A stretch of DNA of 64,000 nucleotides from Mustelus asterias (lineage: Eukaryota), in assembly GCF_964213995.1 (NCBI RefSeq), contig NC_135815.1, positions 43,524,001 to 43,588,000 on the forward strand. The letters are read 5' to 3'. The notes under the pieces are model-generated. The model did not search any database and was not told the DNA's origin. It saw only the letters and a program-made list of their open reading frames with translations. This document shows, piece by piece, positions 1 to 12,399 of the stretch. Both the position numbers and the translations under genes were made by a program. Numbering within the stretch: the stretch's first letter is position 1; every line of letters starts with the position of its first letter.

Positions 1-20
1 TGGCGAAATAAAAATTTCGG

Positions 21-873
21 GGGGTGATTCTCCCCCAGAGCAGGCTGGGAGGCATAAGCGGAGGCTGTTTAACGGGCTTCCAGCTGGGCATTATGGCCTC
101 CCCGCGTTTCGGGGCCCCAGATTTCCGGCAACGTCAGCTCCAGATTTACATCTTACTAGCGGGCATGGGACTGAAGTCTCTGGGACTGAAGAGGCTTGTT
201 AGCCTCTTCTCCTCCCTTCCCCCACCGCCTCCCCCCCCCCCCCCCCCCCCCCCCTGCCCCCCCACCCCCTGCCCCCCCACACACACACACACAGGACTGG
301 TTCATTCCAGTGAGGTTCACAAAAGCTCCCCACTAATGGAGAGCTGGAGGCCTGACCCCGCTGGAGTGAAGAGAGGCCATGGAGGCCTCCAAGGAGGTCA
401 GGACTAAGGGGGATGCCCCCTGGGCATTGCCAGCCTGGCAGAGGGGGGGTTTCGGTACTGTGGGGGAGGGTCGAGGCTGCCAATGGGGGTGCGGGATTGG
501 GAGATTGGGACTGCCGAGGAGTGGGGGGGGGGGAGGGACATTGGGCTGGCCCAGAGATGTCTGGGAGGCCAGCAATTGGGGAGTGGGTGGGGGTCAGTAA
601 GCAAGCAACCTGAAGGCCAGCAGTGCGGGGCCATTGCACATGCGCTGATCTTGGCTCTGACAGATCGGCCCATGCGCAGTGGCCTGTTGCCGGCCTCTCT
701 AGTGGGAATAAGCCCTGCCCACAGATTTTCAACATGAATCTCCCTGAGGCACTCTGCGTTGCTCAGAGTGTGGGAGATTCATTTTGGAAATCCTGCTAAA
801 AAAAACCAGCGGGAGTTACTCCAGTTTTTACGCAAATTCGGCACTTAGAATTTTTTTGGGAGAATCCCGGCCC
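21..873. mobile_element. Non-autonomous PIF/Harbinger-type element (MITE-like), inserted in a SINE
   Basis: Imperfect TIRs GGGGTGATTCTCCC ... GGGAGAATCCCGGCCC. The right subterminal motif GCACTTAGAAT is shared with the Harbinger at 16363-21960. G/C-rich interior. SINE sequence resumes at 874. Confidence 0.7.
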
Positions 874-1080
874 TGGAATTAAAAGTCTAATGATGACCAT
901 GAAAGCATTGTTGATTGTTGTAAAAACCCATCTGGTTCACTAATAGCCTTTAAACCTGTCACCCTGGCATACACATGACTCCATTTCACAGCAATGTGGT
1001 TGCCTCTTTATTGTTCATCAGAGATGAGCAATGAATGCTGGTCCAACTATTAACCCCCACATCTCATGAACAAGTAAAAA
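874..1080 (+). mobile_element. 3' part of a SacSINE1/DeuSINE-like SINE
   Basis: CCCATCTGGTTCACTAAT...CATGACTCC...CAGCAATGTGGTTG core matches the copies at 14098-14430, 28485-28835 and 43515-43862. Confidence 0.6.
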
Positions 1081-1084
1081 CAAG

Positions 1085-1470
1085 TTAAATCCTCAAAAAA
1101 CTCTTAATAGATTAATCAAACACGATTTCCCTTCATGTATCCTGTTGACTCTGCCCAATTATATTATGGTTTTCTTCATGGCTTGTTAACATATCCCTAA
1201 AAATAGATTCTGCCATTTTCCCTATTGATATCAAGATAAATAACCTATAGTTTTTTGCTGCATCTTTTTTAGAAGAGTGGGGTTATATTTTACTACCTTC
1301 TAATTCATGGCAACTGACCAGAATCTCGAGAATCTGGAAGATCAAATCCAATGTACCCATTCCAGCCATCTCTTTTAAGACCTCAAGGTGTAGGCAATCA
1401 GGTCCAGGGGATTTATTGGCTTTCAATCCCACTAATTTCTCCAGTGCTATTTCTTAACTAATATCCTTAA
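1085..1470 (-). mobile_element. Old CR1 LINE ORF2 fragment
   Basis: Degenerate similarity to the RT-upstream region of the CR1 copies at 7634-9546 and 9817-12350. Confidence 0.6.
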
Positions 1471-1475
1471 CTTGC

Positions 1476-1750
1476 CATGGTCAAAGTCACATGGGATGTA
1501 ATTTAGTGCATTGGCTGTTTCAGTGTTGGGGCAGAAATCTGCTTGGAGGGGTTTAAACATGGAGTTGCGAGAAAGATGGACAAGGATTTTGGGAAATGAC
1601 AACACACACGAGGACCTTGGAGAGGGAAAGGACAAGGAGCCAAGGGTGGATGTTTTGAGGAAAGGGATAATGATGGTGTACTGGAAGTGGATAGCGATGG
1701 TATCTGAGGAGAGTGAACTGTCAGCAATATTAACTAACATAGGACATCAT
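1476..1750 (-). mobile_element. L2-like LINE reverse transcriptase fragment
   Basis: ORF 1447-1740 reads FPKILVHLSRNSMFKPLQADFCPNTETA, a decayed LSKILE...LQSGFRP.HSTETAL motif. Confidence 0.55.
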
Positions 1751-1810
1751 TGAGCAGGAACTGGTTGGAGTCACTGACATTATGACAACATACATGCTAG
1801 TAGAGACATT

Positions 1811-1910
1811 CTGTAGAAGGGTCATATGGACTCAAACCGTTAACTCTGTTTCTCTCCACAGATGCTGCCAGGTCTGCTGAATTTTTCCAGCATTTTCTGT
1901 TTTTTATTGC
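1811..1910 (+). mobile_element. Short Penelope-type terminal-repeat fragment
   Basis: CTGTAGAAGGGTCATATGGACTCAAACCGTTAACTCTGTTTCTCTCCACAGATGCTGCC. A reverse copy lies at about 53200-53300. The core is a degenerate CTGANGA...GAAA. Confidence 0.5.
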
Positions 1911-1939
1911 TTATAAAGAATACTGGCAAAAGATAAAGT

Positions 1940-2240
1940 TTAAAATTTATTTATTAGTGTCACAAGTAGGCTTACATTAACACTGCAATAAAGTTACTGT
2001 GAAAATTGCTTAGTCACCACACTTGGGTGCCTGTTCGGGTATGCTGAGGGCGAATTTAGCATGGCCAATGCACCTAACCAACAAGTCTTTTGGACTGTGG
2101 GAGGAAACTGGAGCACCTGGAGTCAACCCACGCAGACACGGGGAGAACTTGCAGACTCTGTACAGACAGTGACCCAAGCTGGGAATCGAACCTGGGTCCC
2201 TGGCACTGTGAGGCAGCAGTGCTAACCACTGTGCCACCTG
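1940..2240 (-). mobile_element. HE1-like V-SINE (tail type B)
   Basis: tRNA-derived head GGCACAGTGGTTAGCACTGCTGCCTCACAG, B-box GGTTCGATTCC, V-domain core, tail ...CTACTTGTGACACTAATAAA. Confidence 0.85.
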
Positions 2241-2717
2241 ATGTCATGTGTCTTGAAACAAAGTTGACAATTGAATGTTCAATGGAGCAACAAGACCATC
2301 ACCTCCCCGAAAGACACCTGACAGCGATTCTCCCATATCTGACCTGCCACCATCACATTTGGTGCTTTATGTAAATTTGAAGAATTATTTCAAACATTCG
2401 AAACACCCGGAGCTGTTCATGCAATGACATCACTGTGTGCCTTGGTATTTTCTAAGATTTTCTTTGCGTGCATTTTAAGAAAGTGACTAACAGCTTCTTG
2501 AAAATCCCCAGGAAACCCAGAAACGTTCTGTATCATAAACAAAATGCAATTCAAATGCTTTAAATTCAGAAGGAAAAACGTCTTGCATTTTTAAATTGTT
2601 GTTTAAGTGAGATTCAGGAGGTTAAAAAGGAGTAGAAGAATCAGTTAAAGTTATGCCCTCATGATTTTATAAATCTCTATAAAGTGTGGCACAGGGCAGA
2701 GTGGCATAGTGGTTAGG

Positions 2718-3045
2718 GGCGGCACGGTGGCACAGTGGTTAGCACTGCTGCCTCACAGTGCCAGGGACCCGGGTTCGATTCTCAGCTTGGGTCATTGTCT
2801 GTGTGGGGTTTGCACATTCCCCCCGTATCTGCGTGGGTTTACTCCGGGTGCTCCGGTTTCCTCCCACAGACCAAAGATGTGCGTGTTAGGTGGATTGGCC
2901 ATGCTAAAATTGCCCCTTAGTGTCAGGGGAACTCGCTAGGGTAAATACATGGAGTTATGGGAATAGGGCCTGGATGGGTTGTGGCTGGTGCAGACTCGAT
3001 GGGCTGAATGGCCTCCTTCTGCACTGTACGGATTCTATGATTCTA
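2718..3045 (+). mobile_element. HE1-like V-SINE (tail type A)
   Basis: GGCGGCACGGTGGCACAGTGGTTAGC head, GGTTCGATTC B-box, GATTCTAT-repeat tail. Confidence 0.9.
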
Positions 3046-3065
3046 TTATCCACAGCACAGGAGGA

Positions 3066-3455
3066 TGGGGAGGTGACTTTATAAAGCTTTATAAAATCAT
3101 GAGGGGCAGAGATAAGGTGAATAGCCAAGGTCTTTTCCCCAGGGTCGGGTAGTCCAAAACTAGACTGCGTAGGTTTAAGGTGAAAGGGGAAAGGTTTAAA
3201 AGGGACCCGAGGGGCAACGTTTTCACTCGGAGGGTGGTGCGTGTATGGAATGAGCTGCCAGAGGAGGTGGTAGAGTCAGGTACAATTACAATACTTAAAA
3301 TACATTTGGACAGTTTCATGGATAGGAAAGGTTTGGAGGGATGTGGGCCAAACGTAGGCAAATGGGATTAGTTCTGTTTAGGAAACCTGGTAAGCATGGA
3401 TGAGTCAGGCCAAAGGGCCTGTTTCTGTGCTGTATATCTCTATGACTCTTTGACT
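3066..3455 (+). mobile_element. CR1/HER1-like LINE 3' end
   Basis: ORF2 C-terminus KGERFKRDPRGNVFTRRVVRVWNELPEEVVE, followed by a CTATGACT-type tail. Confidence 0.85.
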
Positions 3456-3795
3456 CTGGGAAACACTGGAATGCTGACTGGGGAGTTTAGAAAATTTATG
3501 CCACTGTCCTAAATTGTTAAAACAGTAATGTTAAAAAATGGCCTCTGTCAAGAATACAACATAAAAATTGCAATCAAATATACTAAGAGAACATATGATG
3601 ACATTCTTTTGATTACAGTGAGAAAATGTGCCCATCAAAGTTACATATCGGAAAAAGGCAGATGTATTGCCTTTAGCTGTCTAGTGCTCTGCTGAGGGTC
3701 AGGTTCCTCACTGTTGGTGTGTACTCAGAAAATATAAGCCGCACAGTGAAAAAAAATGAATTAACCATCTTTTGTGTAAATAACGTGGAAAGTTA

Positions 3796-3919
3796 TGAGG
3801 TGGAGATGCCGGCGTTGGACTGGGGTGGTCACAGTAAGAAGTCCCACAACCCCAGGTTAAAGTCTGACAGGTTTATTTGGAATCACGAGCTTTCAGAGCG
3901 CTGCTTCTTCATCAGGTGA
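3796..3919 (-). mobile_element. Penelope-like element terminal repeat with hammerhead-ribozyme core
   Basis: Minus strand TCAC-CTGATGA-AGAAGCAGCGCTCT-GAAA-GCTC-GTGA then AATAAA. The same repeat occurs at 22572-22790 and 40401-40492. Confidence 0.65.
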
Positions 3920-4149
3920 ATGCAAGTTATAATACAGCTATAAAATCTCGATGGCTAGAAAAATTATTAGCTGGGCACTGTTGGAAAATTGAGGCAGTAG
4001 TTGAGGGAATGCCTGGAGAAGGAAATATACAATAAAAACTGGGAAAAAAGGGTACAGGTCTAAACTGTCCATCCATTTTAAGGTACACAAGACCAGTTCA
4101 GACCAGTGCTCTTATTTCCTAGTTTTTACCCTTACATAATACAAGGTGA

Positions 4150-4640
4150 GACACAGGAATAGGAGCAAATTATTCAAACCATTAAGCCTGTCCCAACCTT
4201 TCATTAGACCATTGTTGATCCGTACCCGTCTTTAATCTATATCCCTGGATGCCCTTAACTAACAAAAACCTGCCAATCTCAGGATTGAAAATTTGAATTG
4301 ACCCATCATCCATAATCTTTTGGGAAGCCATGTTTCTGCACCTGCCTTTATAATTAGTCTGCTAGGTCTTGTTACAATTCTGCTGAATCTATCAATACAT
4401 TCCTCCTCAAGTGCAGTGCTCCAAATGGAACACAATACTTCAGATTGCCTCTGACCAAGGCTCTGTATGTCTGAAGGATCACTTCTCCCATTTTGTACTT
4501 CAGCCCCCTAGAGATAAAGGCCAACATTCCATTAATCTTTTTGATTGCTTTTTGTACCTATGCATTAGCTTTTAGTGATTTTGTGCACTCGAGCATCCAA
4601 ATTCCTTTGCTGCTCTATATGTTCCTTGCCATGAAGCATT
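4150..4640 (-). mobile_element. Old CR1 LINE 3' fragment
   Basis: Degenerate ORF2 C-terminal (LVRxxLxYCVxFW) region plus 3' UTR. Confidence 0.6.
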
Positions 4641-4825
4641 CTGTCGATGCCAATCTGTAACTTCCTGCTTCCATTTACCCTAGACAGTTCCTCTTGATAT
4701 TCTGGACCTCCCAGGAGTAAGTTAAGGCTAAGGGATGCAAGGAAGTCCAGCTTACCAGACTGTACTGGAGGAATCAGTCCGCGATCCACTTGTCCTCTTC
4801 AGCCTTTGTTTACATATCCACATGT

Positions 4826-5127
4826 GGCGGCACAGTAGTTAGAATTGCTGCCTCACATTGCCAGGGACCCAGGTTCAATTCTGGCCTTGGGTGACTGCCT
4901 GGCATTTGCATCTTCTCCCCGTGTCTGCGTGGATTTCCTCCAGGTGCTCCGGTTTTCTCCCACAGTCCAAAGATGTGTAGGTTAGGTGGCTTGGTCATGC
5001 GAAATTGCCCCTTTGTGTTCCAAGATGTGTAGTTTAGAGTGATTAGTGGGGTTACAGGAATAGGACAGCGAATGGGCCTCGGTAAAATACTCTGTCAGTG
5101 CAGACTTTGCACTGTAGGGATTCTATG
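4826..5127 (+). mobile_element. HE1-like V-SINE (tail A)
   Basis: Head GGCGGCACAGTAGTTAG, V-domain, GATTCTATG end. Confidence 0.85.
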
Positions 5128-5867
5128 AGCTTAAAAATATTGCTGAGTGATGTTCAGGAATCCAACCATGGCAGTCATTGCTGGCGTCGGTCTAGAAACT
5201 ACCTCCTTCATTCCAGGCACTACACTGACAGCATTTTAGATGTTAGTTACACCTCTGAATTTCTGCATTGCTGGGTCATTTCAGATTATTTCTGGGGAAA
5301 TTTGCAGTGTTCCTTTTCCTAATCAGTTGTGCTCAGAAGCACCTCGCAAGTCACAGCTGCAATGTTTCCTAAAGCTGCCAAGTGCATCTACTCTCTCATG
5401 GGCATTGACACCAGGTTATCGAGCAGTGCTCATTTACTACAGCGTGGGGTCTTCCAATCCTAAGTGCTCTTGATTTCACCCATGCAATGTCTTTCACGAT
5501 CCTATCAACTATCTCAGCAAGAGTACCAGTCATGCAATGTTCAGCTTGTCTTAAGCCAGTAGCTCACATTATAGAAGCTAAAGTGAAACCCTCTCCCACT
5601 TGTGGTTAAGAAAGCAGTTGTGCGTACTGAATATTTGGTATTTTTCCCTGAGATTGCTTTCGCCCTCTTCATTACTGCTGTGTACTTGCTTCACTTTAAT
5701 GGTGAGCTTCATGAAGCCCAAGAAACCTGTCGCCCCGATGTTAAAGACTAAAGTATCTGTATTGCTCGAATTGAATGATCAACATATTGACAACCTGCCT
5801 CTTCTGAGGGGTTTACGCATGTGCAGCCAAATGCAGCCCAGTCAAATGCTGAAGTTGATATGTTGAA

Positions 5868-6146
5868 GTGGCACCTTGGTTAGCACAGCTGCCTCACAGC
5901 GTCAGGGACCCAAGTTCAATTCCCGGCTCGGGTCACTGTCTGTGCGGAGTCTGCAAGTTCTCCCTGTGTCTGCTCTGGTTTCCTCCCACAGTCTGAAAGA
6001 TGTGCTGGTTAGGTGCATTGGCCATGCTAAATTCTCCCTCAGTGTACCCAAACAAGTGCCAGAGTGTGGGGAAAGGGGATTTTCACAGTAACTTCATTGT
6101 AGTGTTAATGTAAGTCGACTTGTGACACTAATAAATAAACTTTAAA
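5868..6146 (+). mobile_element. HE1-like V-SINE (tail B)
   Basis: Head and V-domain, tail TTGTGACACTAATAAATAAACTTT. Confidence 0.85.
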
Positions 6147-6246
6147 CTTAAAGTGGGCTCCCTGACACGCTGTCAATTTGCCCTGGTGTTAACTCCCACT
6201 TGGCACTAAACTCACACACTCCTCCATGTTAAAATTCAGCCTTAAT

Positions 6247-6622
6247 GGGGGTGATCTTCAGCCCACTCCTGCTGTCTGCGGGAATGCCGACGGGGCCTCA
6301 AGATCCGGAAGTCGGGGATCTCGCTGGTGAGTTTGCAATTTTGGATCCTCCACACCCCTCGCTGGCGACATCATCAGGTTCACGCCCATAATGAGCGTGA
6401 ACTTGATTTACATGGATTTAAATATAATGAACCACCCCTCCTTGCCAGATATTGACTTCCCGGATGTCACACTTGCATGGTTTACAACAGGTTCATCTGG
6501 ACGTGAATCTGTCATCGGGGACACCCCGGGGGTGTAAAGGTGAGTATCGCCCCCAAGGAAGAGGGATGTGGCCAGGCAGTAGCGAGAAACAGCACTCTGC
6601 CATTTTTTTGGCAAGATTTCAC
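6247..6622. mobile_element. Decayed Harbinger-type MITE
   Basis: Left end GGGGGTGATCTT. Right end GCACTCTGCCATTTTTTTGGCAAGAT resembles the right end of the element at 62305-63187. Confidence 0.45.
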
Positions 6623-6713
6623 AATGTATCTGCTGAAGACACATTGGAAGACAACTTGTGTTAACAATCTGCAACAAACAACTCGACCCCTACTTCCCCA
6701 TCTCATTCCCAGA

Positions 6714-7317
6714 GAACATAAGAACATAAGAAATAGGAGCAGGAGTAGGCCATCTAGCCCCTCGAGCCTGCCCCGCCATTCAATAAGATCATGGCTGATC
6801 TGAAGTGGATCAGTCCCACTTACCCGCCTGATCCCTATAACCCCATAATTCCCTTACCGATCAGGAATCCATCTATCGTGATTTAAACATATTCAACGAG
6901 GTAGCCTCCACCACTTCAGTGGGCAGAGAATTCCAGAGATTCACCACCCTCTGAGAGAAGAAGTTCCTCCTCAACTCTGTCCTAAACTGACCCCCCTTTA
7001 TTTTGAGGCTCTAGTTCTAGCTTCCTTTCTAAGTGGAAAGAATCTCTCCACCTCTACCCTATCCAGCCCCTTCATTATCTTATAGGTCTCTATAAGATCC
7101 CCCCTCAGCCTTCTAAATTCCAACGAGTACAAACCCAATCTGCTCAGTCTCTCTTCATAATCAACACCCCTCATCTCTGGTGTCAACCTGGTGAACCTTC
7201 TCTGCACTCCCTCCAAGACCAATATATCCTTCCGCAAATAAGGGGACCAATACTGCACACAGTATTCCAGCTGCGGCCTCACCAATGCCCTGTACAGATG
7301 CAGCAAGACATCTCTGG
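6714..7317 (-). mobile_element. Young CR1 LINE 3' end
   Basis: [30 protein letters not shown]...[12 protein letters not shown]. (GAACATAA)n tail on the + strand. Confidence 0.9.
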
Positions 7318-7633
7318 GCAAAGGTTCCAGGACTTCCCCATTTTCAGATGTTGAGGGCCACGGGCACACTCCTCATATCTTCCTTCAAGAGGAAAGTGCA
7401 CTGCATGAAGGTCCTTTATTTGTCATCATGTGGAATTCAGAACAAGTGTTCGTGTACATATTTTTATGATATGCCTCAAACAGCAAAGGATTTTCATGTG
7501 AGACTTTCACTACTTTCCTGCGTGTTAGGTTTGGAAGGACAGTAGGAAACAGAAGAAAGTGCCTCAGGTGTGCTGTGCCTGACACAAGCCTCATGCTAGC
7601 AGTATGAAATCACGGCTCCCTTCCCTTATTTGA

Positions 7634-9546
7634 ACATAGAACATAGAACAGTACAGCACAGAACAGGCCCTTCGGCCCACGATGTTGTGCCGACCTTCAT
7701 CTGAAACCAAGATCAAGCTATCCCACTCCCTACCATCTTGGTATGCTCCATGTGCCTATCCAATAACCGCTTAAATGTTCCTAAAGTGTCTGACTCCACT
7801 ATCACTGCAGGCAGTCCATTCCACACCCCAACCACTCTCTGCGTGAAGAACCTACCTCTGATATCCTCCCTATATCTCCCACCATGAACCCTATAGTTAT
7901 GCCCCCTTGTAATAGCTCCATCCACCCGAGGAAATAGTCTTTGAACGTTCACTCGATCTATCCCCTTCATCATTTTATAAACCTCTATTAAGTCTCCCCT
8001 CAATCTCCTCCGCTCCAGAGAGAACAGCCCCAGCTCCCTCAACCTTTCCTCATAAGACCGACACTCCAAACCAGGCAGCATCCTGGTAAATCTCCTCTGC
8101 ACTCTCTCCAGCGCTTCCACATCCTTCTTATAGTGAGGTGACCAGAACTGCACGCAATATTCCAAATGCGGTCTCACCAAGGTCCTGTACAGTTGCAGCA
8201 TAACCCCACGGCTCTTAAACTCCAACCCCCTGTTAATAAAAGCTAACACACTATATGCCTTCTTCACAGCTCTATCCACTTAAGTGGCAACCTTTAGAGA
8301 TCTGTGGATATGGACCCCAAGATCTCTCTGTTCCTCCACAGTCTTCAGAACCCTACCTTTGACCCTGTAATCCACATTTAAATTTGTCCTACCAAAATGA
8401 ATCACCTCACATTTATCAGGGTTAAACTCCATTTGCCATTTTTCAGCCCAGCTTTGCATCCTATCTATGTCTCTTTGCAGCCTACAACACCCCTCCACCT
8501 CATCCACTACTCCACCAATCTTGGTGTCATCAGCAAATTTACTGATCCACCCTTCAGCCCCCTCCTCTAAGTCATTAATAAAAATCACAAAGAGCAGAGG
8601 ACCAAGCACCGATCCCTGCGGCACTCCGCTAGCAACCTGCCTCCAGTCCGAAAATTTTCCATCCACCACCACCCTCTGTCTTCGATCAGATAGCCAGTTA
8701 CCTATCCAATCGGCCAACTTTCCCTCTATCCCACACCTCCTTACTTTCATCATAAGCCGACCATGGGGGACCTTATCAAACGCCTTACTAAAATCCATGT
8801 ATATGACATCAACCGCCCTACCTTCATCAACACACCTAGTTACCTCCTCAAAAAATTCTATCAAATTTGTGAGGCACGATTTGCCCTTCACAAATCCGTG
8901 CTGACTATCCCGGATTAATCCGTATCTTTCTAAATGGTCGTAAATCCCATCTCTAAGGACCTTTTCCATCAATTTACCAACCACCGAAGTCAGACTAACC
9001 GGTCTATAATTACCAGGGTCATTTCTATTCCCTTTCTTAAACAGAGGAACAACATTTGCCACTCTCCAGTCCTCCGGCACCATCCCCGTGGACAGCGAGG
9101 ACCCAAAGATCAAAGCCAAAGGCTCTGCAATCTCATCCCTCGCCTCCCAAAGAATCCTAGGATACATTTCATCAGGCCCAGGGGACTTATCGACCTTCAG
9201 TTTATTCAAAACTGCCAATACATCCTCCCTCCGAACATCTATTTCCTCCAGCCTATTAGCCTGTAACACCTTCTCTTCCTGAAAAACATGGCCCCTCTCC
9301 TTGGTGAACACTGAAGTAAAGTATTCATTCATCACCTCGCCTATCTCTACTGATTCCATACACAAGTTCCCACCACTGTCCTTGACCGGCCCTAACCTCA
9401 CCCTGGTCATTCTTCTTTTCCTCACATAAGATTAAAAAGCCTTGGGGTTTTCCTTGATCCGACCCGCCAAGGACTTCTCATGTCCCCTCCTAGCTCTCCT
9501 CAGCCCCTTTTTCAGCTCATTCCTTGCTAACTTGTAACCCTCAATC
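7634..9546 (-). mobile_element. Young 5'-truncated CR1 LINE; ORF2 RT broken by a single in-frame stop at 8280-8282
   Basis: ORFs 8280-9425 and 7713-8279 are in the same frame and carry NYRPVSLTS, DFSKAFDKV, GVPQGSVLGPLLF and FADDTK. GAACATA-repeat tail. Confidence 0.95.
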
Positions 9547-9816
9547 GAGGGTTACAATTTGGGACAATAAAATCTGCATGGAGAAGTTAGAGAGTTTCAG
9601 GGCTTTGTGCTATGCTGCATCAACATCTGACATGCTTTTGTGTGACAGCTTTTACGATCCAGTCTATTAAACCAGAAACTTTGCAAGCACAGACAGCCAC
9701 CCTGGAAGGCTCAGAGCATCTGTTAACTGTTTCAATGGAGAGAGACAATGGAAGAAAGTTCACTTTTTCTAAAATCAGAATTTAATCTCGCACAAGGTGA
9801 ACTGTTTAGTTCAGGG

Positions 9817-12350
9817 AAACATAGAAACATAGAAGATTGAAGCAGGAGGAGGCCATTTGGCCCTTCGCGCCTGCGCCGTCATTCAGCACGATCAGGGCTG
9901 ATCATCCAACTTAATAGCCTAATCCTGGTTTCTCCCCATAACCTTTGATCCTATTCGCCCCAAGTGCTATATCCAGCCACCTCTTGAATACATTCAATGT
10001 TTTCAACTACTTCCTGTGGGAATGAATTCCACAGGCTCACCACTCTTTAGGTGGTGAAATGTCTCCTCGTCTCCGTCCTAAATGGTCTATTCATAGAAAT
10101 CATAGAAACCCTACAGTACAGAAAGAGGCCATTCGGCCCATCGAGTCTGCACCGACCACAATCCCACCCAGGCCCTACCCCCATATCCCTACATATTTTA
10201 CCCGCTAATCTACACATCCCAGGACACTAAGGGGCAATTTTAGCATGGCCAATCAACCTAATCCGCACATCTTTGGACTGTGGGAGGAAACCAGAGCACC
10301 CGGAGGAAACCCACGCAGACACGAGGAGAATGTGCAAACTCCACACAGACAGTGACCCAAGCCGGGAATCGAACCCAGGTCCCTGGAGCTGTGAAGCAGC
10401 AGTGCTAACCACTGTGCTACCGTGCCGCCCACTTTCATTCCCTGAAAGCCTATTCTGAATCTTCAGACTGTGACTCATGGTTCTGGGTACACCCACCATC
10501 GGGAACATCCTCCCTGCACCTACCCTGTCTAGTCCTGTTAGAATTTTATAAGTCTCTAGGAGATCCCCTTCATTCGTCTGAACTCCAGCGAAAACAATCC
10601 TAATCTCGTCAATCTCTTTTCATACATCAGTCCAGCCATCCCCGGAATCAACCTTCGCTGCACTCCCTCATGAGCAAGAACATCCTTCCTCAGAAAAGGA
10701 GACCAAAACTGCACGCAATATTCTAGATGTGGCCTCACCAAGGCCCTGTGTAATTGCAACAACACGTCCTTGCTCCTGTACTCAAATCCTCTCGCAATGA
10801 AAGCCAACATACCATTTGCCTTCTTTACCGCCTGCTGTACCTGCATGCTTACCTTCAATGACTGATGCACAAGGACACCCAGATCCTGCTGCACACACTC
10901 CTCTCCCAATTTACAGCCATTAAGGTAGTAACCTGCCTTCTTGTTTTTGCTCCCAAAGTGAATAACGTCACATTTATCCAAATTATACTGCATCTGCCAT
11001 TGATTTGCCCACTCACCCAACCTGTCCAGATCATGCTGAAGGATCTCTGCATCCTCATCACAGTTCACCCTCCCACCCAACTTGGCATCATCTGCAAACT
11101 TTGAGATGTTACATTTTATTCCCTCATCCAAATCATTAATGTATATTGTGACTAGCTGGGGTCCCAGCACCGACCCCTGTGGCACCCCACTAGTTACTGC
11201 CTGCCAATTTGAAAAGCACCCATTAATTCCTACTCTTTGTTTCCTTCCTGCCAACCAGTTTTCTATCTATTTCAATACAGTTCCCCCAATCCCATGCGCT
11301 TTAATATTGCACGATAATCTCTTATGTGGGACTTTGTCAAACACTTACTGAAAATCCAAATGTACCACATCTACTGATTCCCCCTTGTTACATCATCAAA
11401 GTATTCCAACAGATTTGTCAAGCATGATTTCCCCTTCATAAATCTATGCTGACTCTGTCTGATCCTGCCACTACTTTCTAAATGCTCTGCTATAAAGTTC
11501 TTGATAATGGATTCGAGAATTTTCCCCACTACTGATGTTAGGCTTACTGGTCTAAAATTCCCTGTTTTCTCTCAACCTCCCTTTTTGAATATTGGAGTGA
11601 CATTAGCTACCCTCCAATCTGAAGGGACTGTTCCAGAGTCTATAGAATCTGGAAGATGACCACCAATGCATCCACTATTTCTAGAGCCACTTCTTTAAGT
11701 ACTCTGGGATGTAGATAATCAGGCCCTGAGGATTTATCTACCTTAAATCCCATCATCCGCCTTCAACCCCATCAATTTTCCCAGCACCATTTCTCTACTA
11801 ATATTGATCTCCTTCAGTTCTTCCCTCTCACTAAATCTTGCATTCTCCAACATTTCTGGTACCTGATTTGTGTCCTCTTTTGTGAAGACAGAACCAAAGT
11901 ACGTATTTAGTTGCTCAGCCATTTCTTTGACCCCTATTATACATTCCCCCATCTCTGTCTGTAGGGGACCCACATTTGTCTTCACCAACCTCTTTCTCTT
12001 CACGTATCTATAGAAACTCTTAGTGCTAGTCTTCATGTACCCTGCAAGCTTACTTTCGTACTATATTTTCCCCATCATTATCAATCCTTTGGTCCTTCTT
12101 TGTTGAATTCTAAACTGCTCCCAATCCTCAAACCTGTTATTTTTCATGGCCAATCTGTAGGTTTCTTCCTTGGATCGGATAAGATCGCTAAGTTCCTTTG
12201 TAAGCCATGGATTGGCCCTCTTACCCATTTTGCTTTTGTGCCAGACAGGAATAAACAGCTGTAGTTCTCCCATGCGTTCTTTGAATGTTTGCCATTGCCA
12301 ATCCACTGTCATCCCTTTAAGTAACTCTCCCCAGTCTATCAAGGCCAACG
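9817..12350 (-). mobile_element. CR1 LINE, 5'-truncated, interrupted by a SINE
   Basis: ORF 10556-11254 has GVPQGSVLGP and FADD. Upstream ORF2 pieces at 11743-12350. GAAACATA tail at 9817-9835. Confidence 0.9.
10092..10429 (-). mobile_element. HE1-like V-SINE (tail A) nested in CR1
   Basis: Near-consensus head at 10390-10429 and V-domain. CR1 sequence continues on both sides. Confidence 0.9.
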
Positions 12351-12399
12351 AACCAACTAACATACTATATTCAGTGCTTGAATTGAATTTAAACATATT

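Noticed and set aside
24-737. Pro/Gly-rich ORFs
   Set aside because: They arise from poly-C/poly-G tracts inside a non-autonomous element and show no domain motifs.
2010-2939. Recurrent ORFs 'MAQWLALLPHSARDPGSIP' and tRNA-like heads
   Set aside because: These are translations of the V-SINE consensus. The heads are tRNA-derived SINE promoters, not tRNA genes.
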